From an uncultured Flavobacterium sp. (GTDB lineage: Bacteria > Bacteroidota > Bacteroidia > Flavobacteriales > Flavobacteriaceae), in the NCBI GenBank assembly GCA_964420215.1, contig CAYQSQ010000007.1, positions 40,892 to 104,891 of the forward strand: DNA of 64,000 nucleotides, written 5' to 3'. Position 1 is the stretch's first letter, and every line of letters starts with the position of its first letter. This document shows, one piece after another, positions 1 to 9,344 of the stretch. A model generated the notes under the pieces. It did no database searches and was not told the origin of the DNA. It saw only the letters and a program-made list of their open reading frames with translations. A program made the position numbers and the translations under genes.

Positions 1-1
1 C

Positions 2-232
2 GATTCTGAAAATAGCTATGTAGCGTCGTTGTTTAAATTAGGAATCAATAAAATTGCTCAAAAAGTAGGGGAGGAAGCGGTAGAAGTTGTTATTGAAGCC
101 AAAGACAATAATGATCAATTATTTTTAGATGAATCTGCAGATTTATTATTTCATTATATGATGTTGCTGCAAGCCAAAGGTTTTAGATTGAAAGATATCG
201 AAGCTGTTTTGGAAAAGAGAAGTAAGAAATAG
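2..232 (+). CDS. hisIE: Bifunctional phosphoribosyl-AMP cyclohydrolase/phosphoribosyl-ATP pyrophosphatase, C-terminal part (5' truncated by window edge)
   Basis: Frame is open from position 2 (DSENSYVASLFKLG...); HisE motifs KIAQKVGEEAVE and ESADLLFH. Confidence 0.92.
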   Translation, partial: DSENSYVASLFKLGINKIAQKVGEEAVEVVIEAKDNNDQLFLDESADLLFHYMMLLQAKGFRLKDIEAVLEKRSKK

Positions 233-256
233 AGTTAAGATTTAATATAAATTATG

Positions 257-290
257 AAGGGTAGTGATTTATTGATTGCTACCCTTTTTT
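257..290 (+). terminator. Rho-independent terminator after hisIE
   Basis: Stem aagggtag(tgat) / (attg)ctaccctt followed by a T-run. Confidence 0.75.
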
Positions 291-325
291 GAGTTTATTT
301 TAGATGGTAATTATTAATAAGTAAA

Positions 326-677
326 ACCCTTAGTGCATTATAAAAAAAAGTTGTTCGCTTCAGTAAAAAAGGTAATAAACTGATTACTAATCTTGTATAA
401 CCATGAACAACTTCGAAGCAAAATACGAATTAATTTTAAAGGAATTAAAAAGATTAGATTTTTCTGATAATTTCTATTTTAAGCCTATAAAACCAAAACT
501 ATCTGATTTATAATTAATTAAGAATTTTATCGAAGCAAGAAAATTAGTTGCTTTTGGAGAATATGACGGTAAATTACCTTGCTTCGTTAATATTATTTTG
601 CAAAAATTAATGGCTTTTTATATGGATGTTTCAAAATTCCCAATAGAATAATCGGACTAAAACAACATTAGAAGGGT
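326..677 (+). mobile_element. Degenerate, internally deleted IS982-family remnant (right end uncertain)
   Basis: Left end ACCCTTAGTGCATTA starts with the ACCC typical of IS982 ends. An ORF at 403 resembles the IS982 transposase N-terminus. A partial inverted match (aagggt) ends at 677. Confidence 0.65.
403..513 (+). pseudogene. IS982-family transposase N-terminal fragment, premature stop
   Basis: MNNFEAKYELILKELKRLDFSDNFYFKPIKPKLSDL*LI resembles the recalled Bacteroidota IS982 start MNN...Y..IL.....PK(L/M)SDLE(L/V)I, with TAA in place of the Glu codon. Not in the ORF track (36 aa). Confidence 0.7.
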
Positions 678-755
678 TGTTTCGGGTTGTTTGTTAAGAA
701 TAACGAAATATTTGCCAAGGAGTTTAATTTTGTAAATCACACCTAATCAATGGTT

Positions 756-2321
756 CTATACGAATACGGGAAGGTAATTTTTCACAAGTTCTTTAAATTC
801 ATTAACATGTTTATCAATCCAGTCTTCATTTTTCTTCAATTCTTCCGCCATTAGTTGAGCAACTCTTGTAGCGATTTTTAGGGCTGCTTTTGCATCTAAA
901 AATAACAAACGAGTTCTTCGGGCTAAAAAATCTTCGATAGTGCGTGCCATTTCGTATCGGATAGCCCAGATTACTTCGCCTTCGAGGTAATGATAATCAG
1001 GATGTAATGGATTGCGATAAAATGTTTCTTCATTCAAAAATTCATTCAAATTATCGATATCCGAACCATAATGTTCAAAATTAATATTCTTAACGGGAAG
1101 TGAATGAAATCCGTGAATTGGCAAGGTTTCGGTGATTGATTTTTTGGCGGATAAATTACCGATGGCAATTGCTTTGTCTACCACATCTTCCGCCATTTTA
1201 CGATACGTTGTCCATTTACCACCAGCGATGGTCACCAAACCACTTCGGGAAATGGTAATGGTATGCTCTCTTGAAATTGCAGCGGTTGAACTTGCTTCAA
1301 CCTCTTTAACTAATGGACGTAATCCTACAAAAATACTTTTGATATCATCGTGTGTTGGGTCTTCGGTTAAATAACGGGCGATGTGAGTGATTAAAAAATC
1401 AATCTCTTTTTGTAATGGTATTGGTTCTAACAAATATTCTGTTACGGGTGTATCGGTTGTACCTACAATAATTTTGTCGTGCCAAGGTGTTGCAAATAAA
1501 ATCCTTCCGTCATCGGTATGCGGTACCATAATAGCATTTTTACCTGGTAAGAATTTTTTATCCAAAACAATATGCACGCCCTGGCTGCTGGTCATAATGG
1601 GTTGTATGTTTTGATCGTCCATTTTACGAATCGTATCCGTAAACACACCTGTTGCGTTAATGATTACTTTAGCCTTTACGGTATATTCTTGCTGTGTTTC
1701 TTGATCTTGGAGTTGTACACGATGTAAGAGTTCGTCTTTTTTATGTAACGAAACGACTTTCATATAATTGATTATGGTTGCGCCGTATTCCTGTGCGGTT
1801 TGGGCTAAATTGATAAGCAATCGGGCATCATCAAATTGTCCGTCGTGGTATTTGATACCGCCTCTTAAATCTTTGGTTTCAACGGTTGGGATATGTGCGA
1901 TAGTTTCTTCTTTAGAAAGAAATTCAGAAGCGCCCAATCCTTCTTTACCAGCCAATAAATCGTATAATTTTAAGCCAATCCCATAAAATGGACCTTCCCA
2001 CCAATCATACGTAGGTACAATAAAACATAAATCTTTAACCAAATGAGGCGCGTTTTGTTTCATGATCCCCCGTTCTTTTAGAGCTTCTAAGACTAACGAA
2101 ATATTGCCTTGTTGTAAATAACGTACGCCACCATGCACTAATTTTGTACTGCGACTGGATGTTCCTTTTCCAAAATCAGCTTGCTCAACCAACAATACCT
2201 TATATCCGCGTGACGCAGCATCTACTGCGGTTCCCATGCCTGTTGCTCCGCCTCCAATAATTACAATATCCCAAAGAATAGATGTGTCTGTAATTGGTTG
2301 GATTATTTTTTGACGGCTCAT
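756..2321 (-). CDS. glpD: FAD-dependent glycerol-3-phosphate dehydrogenase/oxidase
   Basis: IIGGGATG, GTSSRSTKLVHGGVRYL, GGKWTTYRKMAED. ATG at 2321 (GTG at 2324 is an alternative start). Confidence 0.92.
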   Translation of the reverse strand: MSRQKIIQPITDTSILWDIVIIGGGATGMGTAVDAASRGYKVLLVEQADFGKGTSSRSTKLVHGGVRYLQQGNISLVLEALKERGIMKQNAPHLVKDLCFIVPTYDWWEGPFYGIGLKLYDLLAGKEGLGASEFLSKEETIAHIPTVETKDLRGGIKYHDGQFDDARLLINLAQTAQEYGATIINYMKVVSLHKKDELLHRVQLQDQETQQEYTVKAKVIINATGVFTDTIRKMDDQNIQPIMTSSQGVHIVLDKKFLPGKNAIMVPHTDDGRILFATPWHDKIIVGTTDTPVTEYLLEPIPLQKEIDFLITHIARYLTEDPTHDDIKSIFVGLRPLVKEVEASSTAAISREHTITISRSGLVTIAGGKWTTYRKMAEDVVDKAIAIGNLSAKKSITETLPIHGFHSLPVKNINFEHYGSDIDNLNEFLNEETFYRNPLHPDYHYLEGEVIWAIRYEMARTIEDFLARRTRLLFLDAKAALKIATRVAQLMAEELKKNEDWIDKHVNEFKELVKNYLPVFV

Positions 2322-2333
2322 CACACAAATAGA

Positions 2334-4163
2334 TTATGCTAAAGATTGTAACGTTACCAAATTATTATAAACCCCATTGGCTTGTATCAGTTGTTCATGA
2401 GTGCCTTGTTCAACAATTTTTCCTTTTTGCATGACTATAATTTTATCGGCTTTTTGTATGGTTGAAAGACGGTGTGCAATAACGATTGAGGTTCGGTTTT
2501 TCATCATATTTTCGAGCGCGACTTGTACTAATTTTTCGCTTTCGGTATCTAAGGCCGAAGTCGCTTCGTCCAAAATCATAATCGGGGGGTTTTTTAAAAC
2601 CGCTCGTGCAATGGATAAACGTTGTTTTTGACCACCTGATAATTTATTACCACTATCTCCAATATTGGTTTCGATACCTAAAGGTAAATCTTTAACAAAT
2701 TCGTAGGCGTTGGCAATTTTTAGGGCTTCAATAATTTCGTGGTCTGTAGCGTCTTTTTTACCAATCAAAATATTGTTTTTGATGGTATCGTTAAATAAAA
2801 TAGAATCCTGTGTTACCAAGCCCATTAAACCCCGTAAAGCGTGTAATTCCATATCTTTAATGGCAATGCCATCAATTTTAATAACGCCTTGTTGAACGTC
2901 ATAAAAACGGGTTAATAGATTGGCAATGGTACTTTTTCCGCTACCTGATTGCCCCACCAAAGCAACGGTTTCGCCTTTGTTTACGGTTATGGAAAAGTCT
3001 TTTAAAACATTTTCTTCCTCATAAGCAAAATTGATATTTTCGATTTCAATTTTAGAATCAAATGTGGCTTTTTTAATCGCATTTGCATTGTTTTCAATAG
3101 TATTTTCTTGATCTAAAACACTAAAAACCCGATCCGCAGCGGCCAAACCACTTTTAACACTATAAGATGCTTTTGAAATATTTTTGGCAGGGGTTAAAAT
3201 GTTATATGCCAAAGCCATATAAGCGATAAACTGAGCGCCTTCGAGGGTTTTTTCTATTAAAACCATATGTCCGCCGTACCATAATAAAATCGCAATGGTT
3301 AAAATTCCTAAAAATTCACTAACAGGCGAGGCAAGATTATTTTTATTACCAATAGAGTTGGATAATTTTAATAAACGGGTTACTGAATTTTCAAAATTCT
3401 GTTTGAATTGATTTTCGGCATTATAACTTTTAACTACTTTAAGTCCGCCTAATGTTTCTTCTACAATCGAGATAAAATATCCAGCTTCTTGTTGTGCTTT
3501 TTCGGATTGTGCTTTTAGTGATTTTCCGATTAACGAAATGATAAAACCCGATATCGGAATAAATATAAACACAAACAAAGTCAAATTAACACTGATGTAA
3601 AACATCGTCAAAATGGTAAATAAAATGGTCAAAGGTTCTCGTACAACCAATTCAAAAATAGCGAAAAAGGAGTATTGTATCTCTCCCACATCACCTAACA
3701 TACGCGCCATAACGTCTCCTTTTCTTTTTTCAGAATAGAATGAGATAGGGAGGTCTATAATCTTGTGATACAATACGTTACGTAAATCTTTTAATACGCC
3801 ATTTCGCAATTTGGTAATGTTGTACATCGCCAAATAATTGAAAATATTTTTTAGTAGAAAAAGACTGATTACCAATCCAATTACAAAAACCAAGGCTAAC
3901 GTTTCATCGTTATGTGTGACTTTGGTTACGTAATAGGAGAGTAAGTCTTTTAAATAACTACCCAAATCTGAGATAGAACCCAATATGGGTTTAACCTGTA
4001 TGACTTCTTGTTTTTTTCCGAATAAAACATTGAGCATTGGCATCAACGATACCATAGATAATGAGCTAAATAAAGCGTATAAAATGTTAAAAAAGATGTT
4101 AAATACAGCGTTCTTTTTATACGGTTTTATGTAAGGTATTATTCGTTTGAAATTGTTATCCAT
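2334..4163 (-). CDS. ABC exporter, fused TMD-NBD (MsbA-like)
   Basis: N-terminal TM helices; GQSGSGKST, LSGGQKQR, ILDEATSALD. Confidence 0.92.
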   Translation of the reverse strand: MDNNFKRIIPYIKPYKKNAVFNIFFNILYALFSSLSMVSLMPMLNVLFGKKQEVIQVKPILGSISDLGSYLKDLLSYYVTKVTHNDETLALVFVIGLVISLFLLKNIFNYLAMYNITKLRNGVLKDLRNVLYHKIIDLPISFYSEKRKGDVMARMLGDVGEIQYSFFAIFELVVREPLTILFTILTMFYISVNLTLFVFIFIPISGFIISLIGKSLKAQSEKAQQEAGYFISIVEETLGGLKVVKSYNAENQFKQNFENSVTRLLKLSNSIGNKNNLASPVSEFLGILTIAILLWYGGHMVLIEKTLEGAQFIAYMALAYNILTPAKNISKASYSVKSGLAAADRVFSVLDQENTIENNANAIKKATFDSKIEIENINFAYEEENVLKDFSITVNKGETVALVGQSGSGKSTIANLLTRFYDVQQGVIKIDGIAIKDMELHALRGLMGLVTQDSILFNDTIKNNILIGKKDATDHEIIEALKIANAYEFVKDLPLGIETNIGDSGNKLSGGQKQRLSIARAVLKNPPIMILDEATSALDTESEKLVQVALENMMKNRTSIVIAHRLSTIQKADKIIVMQKGKIVEQGTHEQLIQANGVYNNLVTLQSLA

Positions 4164-5890
4164 TAAACTAATTTAAGTTCTGATAAAATGGTGTTGATTT
4201 TACTATCAAGTTGATTTTCTACTAATTGCGTATTTTCAACAGTATCTAAAGCTTCGTTTACACTGATGTAAAATTTGATTTTAGGTTCTGTACCGCTTGG
4301 CCTTGCGGCGATTTGTGTTCCTTTTTCGGTATAATAAATTAACACATCGGATTTAGGCATATCAATAGCGGTACTTTCTTTTGTAATCGGATTAATCGCC
4401 TGAGAACTTAGATAATCTTCAACTTTAATGACTTTTTCGTTTGCAATTGTTAAGAGTGGATTTTTTCGCCAATCTTGCATCATTTGTTGGATTTCTTCAG
4501 CGCCAGAGATTCCTTTTTTGGTTAAAGAAATTAATTTTTCTTTATAAAAACCATATTTTACGTATAGTTTTAACAACTCTTGGTACATACTGCTGTTGTT
4601 TGCTTTAGCGTAAGCAGCAATCTCACAAGCCAAAAGGGTAGAGGCAACCGCATCTTTATCCCGAACGGCATCGCCAACCATAAAACCAAAACTTTCTTCG
4701 CCACCTGCAATAAATTGGAGCTCCGGAAAATCCTCAATCATTTTGGCAATCCATTTAAAACCGGTCAAACCTAATTTACATTCTAAATCAAAAGCTTGTG
4801 CTACTTTTTCAACCATTGGTGTGGAAACGACTGTGGAACCTATAAATTGTTTTCCGTTCAGTTTTCCTTCTTTTTGCCATTGGTTTAGCAAAAAATCACA
4901 CATCAATACCATCACTTGATTTCCGTTCAAAAGAGTCAATTGCCCTTCGTTATTGCGGACAGCAACACCCAAACGATCGCAATCGGGGTCGGTACCAACA
5001 ACCATATCTGCACCTGTTTTTTCGGCTAAATCCAATGCTAAAGCTAAAGCTTCGGGTTCTTCTGGATTAGGCGAAACTACAGTAGGGAAATTTCCATCAG
5101 GTTGTTCTTGTTCGGCAACAATGTTTACATTTTTATATCCTGCTTGTTGTAATGTTTGCGGGATAACTGTAATTGATGTGCCATGTAAGGGTGTAAAAAC
5201 AATATTAAAATTATCACGTGCTTCAGCGGTGGTTTTGCCTCCAGCAACGGCAATGGTTGAATTAATAAAAGCATCGTCAACCTCTTTATCAATGTATTCA
5301 ATTAAACTTGGATTTGCTTCAAATTTTATTTGATTGTAATTGAGTTGTTCAATGGTATGTACAATTTTTTTATCATGAGGAGGCACCAATTGTCCGCCGT
5401 CTTGCCAATATACTTTATATCCGTTGTATTCGGGTGGGTTGTGTGATGCGGTTAACACAATACCACATTGGCATTGCAAATAACGAACCGCAAAAGATAA
5501 CTCTGGAGTAGGGCGCAAAGCCGAAAATAAATATACTTTAATGCCATTGGCCGAAAATACATCGGCAACTACTTTAGCTAGGGTATCGCTATTGGTACGA
5601 CAGTCGTACGCAATTACAACTTTTAGGGATTGATCAGGGAAGACCTGATGCATATAATCGGATAAACCTTGCGTGTTTTTACCTAACGTATATTTGTTGA
5701 TTCGATTGGTACCAACTCCCATAATGCCGCGCATACCGCCTGTACCAAAATCTAAATTTTTGTAAAAACTTTCAACCAATTCTTCACGTGATGTTGTCAT
5801 CAAGTAATCGATAGCTGCATGAGTTTCTTTGTCAAAAGTAGGTGTTAACCATTCGTTAACTTTGTCTAAGATTTTTTTGTCTATTTTCAT
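4163..5890 (-). CDS. Phosphoglucomutase/phosphomannomutase (phospho-sugar mutase)
   Basis: FGTGGMRG, TASHNP, DPDCDR, GGEESFG, RPSGTEPKIK. Confidence 0.95.
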   Translation of the reverse strand: MKIDKKILDKVNEWLTPTFDKETHAAIDYLMTTSREELVESFYKNLDFGTGGMRGIMGVGTNRINKYTLGKNTQGLSDYMHQVFPDQSLKVVIAYDCRTNSDTLAKVVADVFSANGIKVYLFSALRPTPELSFAVRYLQCQCGIVLTASHNPPEYNGYKVYWQDGGQLVPPHDKKIVHTIEQLNYNQIKFEANPSLIEYIDKEVDDAFINSTIAVAGGKTTAEARDNFNIVFTPLHGTSITVIPQTLQQAGYKNVNIVAEQEQPDGNFPTVVSPNPEEPEALALALDLAEKTGADMVVGTDPDCDRLGVAVRNNEGQLTLLNGNQVMVLMCDFLLNQWQKEGKLNGKQFIGSTVVSTPMVEKVAQAFDLECKLGLTGFKWIAKMIEDFPELQFIAGGEESFGFMVGDAVRDKDAVASTLLACEIAAYAKANNSSMYQELLKLYVKYGFYKEKLISLTKKGISGAEEIQQMMQDWRKNPLLTIANEKVIKVEDYLSSQAINPITKESTAIDMPKSDVLIYYTEKGTQIAARPSGTEPKIKFYISVNEALDTVENTQLVENQLDSKINTILSELKLV

Positions 5891-5905
5891 AAACGATTGA
5901 TTTGA

Positions 5906-6865
5906 TTACTCAATATTAAGTTGAGAAATGATTTTATAATTATCAGATGTCTTTTTTGTTCTTAAAATAATTTCGCCCAAAAATCCTGCTAAAAATAATT
6001 GCGAACCAATAATCATTGTCGTTAAAGAAATATAAAACCACGGATTTTCAGTAACTAACGAATAGGGTAAGTGATTAAATAAGCGGTATAATTTGATATA
6101 ACCAATGTAACCTGCCGACATAAAACCAACAGCAAACATGATTACACCCAAAGCGCCAAATAAGTGCATGGGTCTTTTACCGAATTTGGATAAAAACCAA
6201 ATGGTAATTAAGTCTAAAAAACCATTGATGAAACGGCTTGCACCAAATTTAGTTTCGCCATATTTACGCGCTTGGTGTTGAACTACTTTTTCACCGATGG
6301 CTCTAAAACCTACGTTTTTAGCTAATAAAGGAATGTATCTGTGCATTTCGCCTGATAATTCAATGGATTTAACAACTTCTTTACGATAAGCTTTTAAACC
6401 GCAATTAAAATCATTTAAGGATAAACCAGATGTTTTTCGGGCTGCCCAATTGAATAATTTTGAAGGTAAATTTTTAAACAATACCGAATCGTAGCGTTTC
6501 TTTTTCCATCCGGAGACCAAATCGTATCGTTGTGCTATAATCATTTGGTATAATTCGGGAATTTCATCAGGACTATCTTGCAAATCAGCATCCATCGTAA
6601 TTACAACGTTGCCTTGCGCCACTTTAAAACCCGCGTGTAAAGCTTGTGATTTACCAAAGTTGGATAAAAAACGAATGCCTTTTACATTGGGGTTTTGCAG
6701 GCTTAGGGTTTCGATTATTTTCCAAGAATCATCCGTACTACCGTCATCTACAAATAAGATTTCGTAAGTTCGGTTGTCGGCATTAAGCACCTTTATCAAC
6801 CAATCGTGTAATTCTGTGATAGATTCACGCTCGTTGAGTAAGGGTATAACGACGGATATATCCAT
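5906..6865 (-). CDS. GT2 polyprenol-phosphate glycosyltransferase (ArnC/DPM-like)
   Basis: VIPLLNE, VDDGSTD, MDADLQD, two C-terminal TM helices. Confidence 0.88.
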   Translation of the reverse strand: MDISVVIPLLNERESITELHDWLIKVLNADNRTYEILFVDDGSTDDSWKIIETLSLQNPNVKGIRFLSNFGKSQALHAGFKVAQGNVVITMDADLQDSPDEIPELYQMIIAQRYDLVSGWKKKRYDSVLFKNLPSKLFNWAARKTSGLSLNDFNCGLKAYRKEVVKSIELSGEMHRYIPLLAKNVGFRAIGEKVVQHQARKYGETKFGASRFINGFLDLITIWFLSKFGKRPMHLFGALGVIMFAVGFMSAGYIGYIKLYRLFNHLPYSLVTENPWFYISLTTMIIGSQLFLAGFLGEIILRTKKTSDNYKIISQLNIE

Positions 6866-7368
6866 TATTGCTCTGATTTAAATAGATTACCTGTGACTAA
6901 GGAAATCACAAATCCTACAATAATAAACCAAATCGTAGTAGTTAATATACCGATAGCATTAGGATTTTTTTTACTGTATTCGACTTGAGCTAAGGTTTGC
7001 TCTAATTGTGCGGGATTGTATTTTTTTACCATTGCCAACATGGTGTTGATTTGAAAATCAGGATCTATATAAGTATCGTAACAAAATGATACAATAGAGT
7101 AGATAATCCCGATGATTAACATAGTAATCAAACCAATCTTTAAACCCTCTTGTACACTTAACAAATTATTGTTTATTGATTTAAATTTTTTAGTCAAATA
7201 AACAATTGTAATTACCTCTAATACAAAACATAATAAAAAAGAAAGATAGTATAACAATGGGTTATCTAAAACGATTTTAGATATTAAATCGATACCAACT
7301 CTAATGATTGCCGCACCAAAAGCGTAGGGTAATACAAAGTTTTGTAAAGTTTTTGAAGATATTGTCAT
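6865..7368 (-). CDS. DUF4199-like membrane protein
   Basis: Four hydrophobic segments; position upstream of GT2-mutase-ABC as recalled for flavobacteria. Confidence 0.7.
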   Translation of the reverse strand: MTISSKTLQNFVLPYAFGAAIIRVGIDLISKIVLDNPLLYYLSFLLCFVLEVITIVYLTKKFKSINNNLLSVQEGLKIGLITMLIIGIIYSIVSFCYDTYIDPDFQINTMLAMVKKYNPAQLEQTLAQVEYSKKNPNAIGILTTTIWFIIVGFVISLVTGNLFKSEQ

Positions 7369-7396
7369 TATTGTTTTTCAACTTTTAAATAAGTTG

Positions 7397-7404
7397 CAAA
7401 TATA
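7397..7404 (-). promoter_or_regulatory. Bacteroidota sigma-A -7 element for the DUF4199-GT2-mutase-ABC-glpD operon
   Basis: TATATTTG on the minus strand, 29 bp upstream of the start codon. Confidence 0.55.
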
Positions 7405-7438
7405 CTAATCACTATCGAGGTGTTGGTAATTATTTTAG

Positions 7439-7888
7439 TTATAAAATTTGATTCGAGTGATCTTTAGTTTTTACTTTATCAATAATATTTTCGATATAGC
7501 CTTTTTCGTCAATAATAAATGTGATTCGATGTATGCCATCAAACTCGCGTCCCATAAATTTTTTACGACCCCAAGCCCCAAAGGCATTGATAAAGGTTTT
7601 GTCCTCATCAGCAATTAAGGAATACGGGAAATTAAATTTTTCCTGAAATTTTTTCTGAGCTTTTTGGCTATCAGCACTAACCCCAATAATAGCGTAGTTT
7701 TGTGCTAAAAAACGTTCATAATTATCGCTTAAATCACAGGCCTCAGCCGTACAACCAGGTGTATTTGCCTTTGGATAAAAAAACACGACTAATTTTTTTC
7801 CTAAAAAATCTGTAATAGCTACTGTTTTTCCGTCTTGATCAATCCCTGAAACTTTTGGTGCGGCATCACCGATATGTAATGAAGTCAT
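7439..7888 (-). CDS. bcp: Thioredoxin-dependent thiol peroxidase (BCP/PrxQ)
   Basis: FFYPKANTPGCTAEAC; ATG at 7888 preferred over the track start at 7903. Confidence 0.92.
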   Translation of the reverse strand: MTSLHIGDAAPKVSGIDQDGKTVAITDFLGKKLVVFFYPKANTPGCTAEACDLSDNYERFLAQNYAIIGVSADSQKAQKKFQEKFNFPYSLIADEDKTFINAFGAWGRKKFMGREFDGIHRITFIIDEKGYIENIIDKVKTKDHSNQIL

Positions 7889-7961
7889 ATTTTTTTTACT
7901 CAAAAATAAGGAAAATTATTTAAGTGTTAAGGTAGTGTTTTTGTTGGGGTTCTTTTTTAAT

Positions 7962-7975
7962 CAAATGTAAATTTG
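7962..7975. promoter_or_regulatory. Overlapping divergent -7 elements between bcp and nth
   Basis: TACATTTG on minus (7962-7969) overlaps TAAATTTG on plus (7968-7975). Confidence 0.4.
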
Positions 7976-8037
7976 AAAATCTACAGGAGACAACCCTACT
8001 CTTGCCTATAAAAAAAAGGAATACCCCTGATAATTTG

Positions 8038-8045
8038 TACCTTTG
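8038..8045 (+). promoter_or_regulatory. -7 promoter element of nth
   Basis: TACCTTTG 18 bp upstream of ATG 8064; it covers the TTG used as start in the ORF track. Confidence 0.55.
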
Positions 8046-8063
8046 ACTTTTAATTTTTTAAGA

Positions 8064-8708
8064 ATGAATAAAAAGGAAAAAGTTGCTTTTGTAATGGAAA
8101 CATTACAGGATTTGTATCCTGAAATCCCGATTCCGTTGGATCATAAGGATCCGTACACGTTGTTGATTGCGGTGTTGTTATCGGCACAATGCACAGATGT
8201 TCGGGTGAATCAGATCACACCTATTTTATTTGCAAAGGCAGATAATCCTTACGAAATGATTAAGATGTCGGTGGAAGAAATTAAAGAAATTATTAGACCT
8301 TGTGGGTTGTCGCCTATGAAATCAAAAGGTATTCATGGGTTATCTCATATTTTGATTGATAAACATAACGGACAAGTGCCTCAAAATTTTGAAGATTTAG
8401 AAAAATTGCCTGCTGTAGGGCATAAAACCGCAAGTGTAGTGATGTCTCAGGCATTTGGTGTGCCTGCTTTCCCAGTTGATACGCATATCCATCGGTTGAT
8501 GTATCGCTGGGGACTGACCAATGGTAAAAATGTACAACAAACGGAAAAAGATGCTAAGCGTCTATTTCCTGAAGAAGCTTGGAATGATTTACATTTACAA
8601 ATCATTTGGTATGGACGTGAATATTCTCCCGCAAGGGGTTGGAGTTTGGATAAGGATATCATTACCAAAACGATTGGCAGAAAGTCTTTACTTTTGCCAA
8701 AATTATAA
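8064..8708 (+). CDS. nth: Endonuclease III (HhH-GPD family; no C-terminal 4Fe-4S Cys cluster visible)
   Basis: LLIAVLLSAQCTD, LPAVGHKTA, PVDTHIHR; ATG at 8064. Confidence 0.93.
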   Translation: MNKKEKVAFVMETLQDLYPEIPIPLDHKDPYTLLIAVLLSAQCTDVRVNQITPILFAKADNPYEMIKMSVEEIKEIIRPCGLSPMKSKGIHGLSHILIDKHNGQVPQNFEDLEKLPAVGHKTASVVMSQAFGVPAFPVDTHIHRLMYRWGLTNGKNVQQTEKDAKRLFPEEAWNDLHLQIIWYGREYSPARGWSLDKDIITKTIGRKSLLLPKL

Positions 8709-8711
8709 ACA

Positions 8712-8746
8712 TAAAACCCGTTATAAAAAGATATAACGGGCTTTTA
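8712..8746. terminator. Bidirectional terminator between nth and the convergent gene
   Basis: Perfect 9-bp stem cccgttata/tataacggg flanked by A- and T-runs. Confidence 0.8.
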
Positions 8747-8767
8747 GTGGATTAATTAGCGGATGAT

Positions 8768-9016
8768 TTACTGATCGATTGATCCCAATACTTTTTTAGA
8801 AAAAGCATTAACGGCATCAATTTCATTCATTCCTTGGGCGACCATTTGGTGTACTTCAAGAGCGCCGCATAAATTAGTGATTAATTCACCAACAACATCT
8901 AACTCTTCATCTTTTATAGAACGATGTTCACTAAAAGATTCTAAAACGGTAATCGTATTTTCGATAGATTCAGTACTGTTGTTTTTGAATAAATGACGTA
9001 TTACAGGAATTTTCAT
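8768..9016 (-). CDS. Small conserved protein (DUF6952-like)
   Basis: MKIPVIR...GELITNLCGALEVH...FSKKVLGSID; last gene of the ahpC-trx operon. Confidence 0.7.
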   Translation of the reverse strand: MKIPVIRHLFKNNSTESIENTITVLESFSEHRSIKDEELDVVGELITNLCGALEVHQMVAQGMNEIDAVNAFSKKVLGSIDQ

Positions 9017-9034
9017 AACGCTATTGTTTTATAA

Positions 9035-9343
9035 TTATTGAATTTCTTGTACCAACTCTGTCAGGACTTCAACTTTATTGGTTTGTGTTTGATTGACTAA
9101 AACACCATTCACAAAAGTAGCGAAAGTTGGAAGGTTGTTAACGTTTGCTAATTGTCTGGATTCCGTAAATTTTTCGGCATCGACTAAAACAAAAGTTATG
9201 TTCTCGTTTTCTGAAGCTAATTTTTTGAATTTTGGTTTCATCAAACGACAATTTCCACACCAAGTAGCCATATATTGCACGACAACCTTAGGGTTGTCAG
9301 CAACGAGTTGCGTTAAGTTGTCTTGTTCTAATTCGTGTAACAT
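9035..9343 (-). CDS. Thioredoxin family protein (WCGNC)
   Basis: WCGNC active site, LPTFATF cis-Pro loop. Confidence 0.9.
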   Translation of the reverse strand: MLHELEQDNLTQLVADNPKVVVQYMATWCGNCRLMKPKFKKLASENENITFVLVDAEKFTESRQLANVNNLPTFATFVNGVLVNQTQTNKVEVLTELVQEIQ

Positions 9344-9344
9344 A

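Noticed and set aside
674-693. gggttgttt tandem repeat as CRISPR or iteron
   Set aside because: Only two 9-bp copies 2 bp apart; no array and no cas genes in the window
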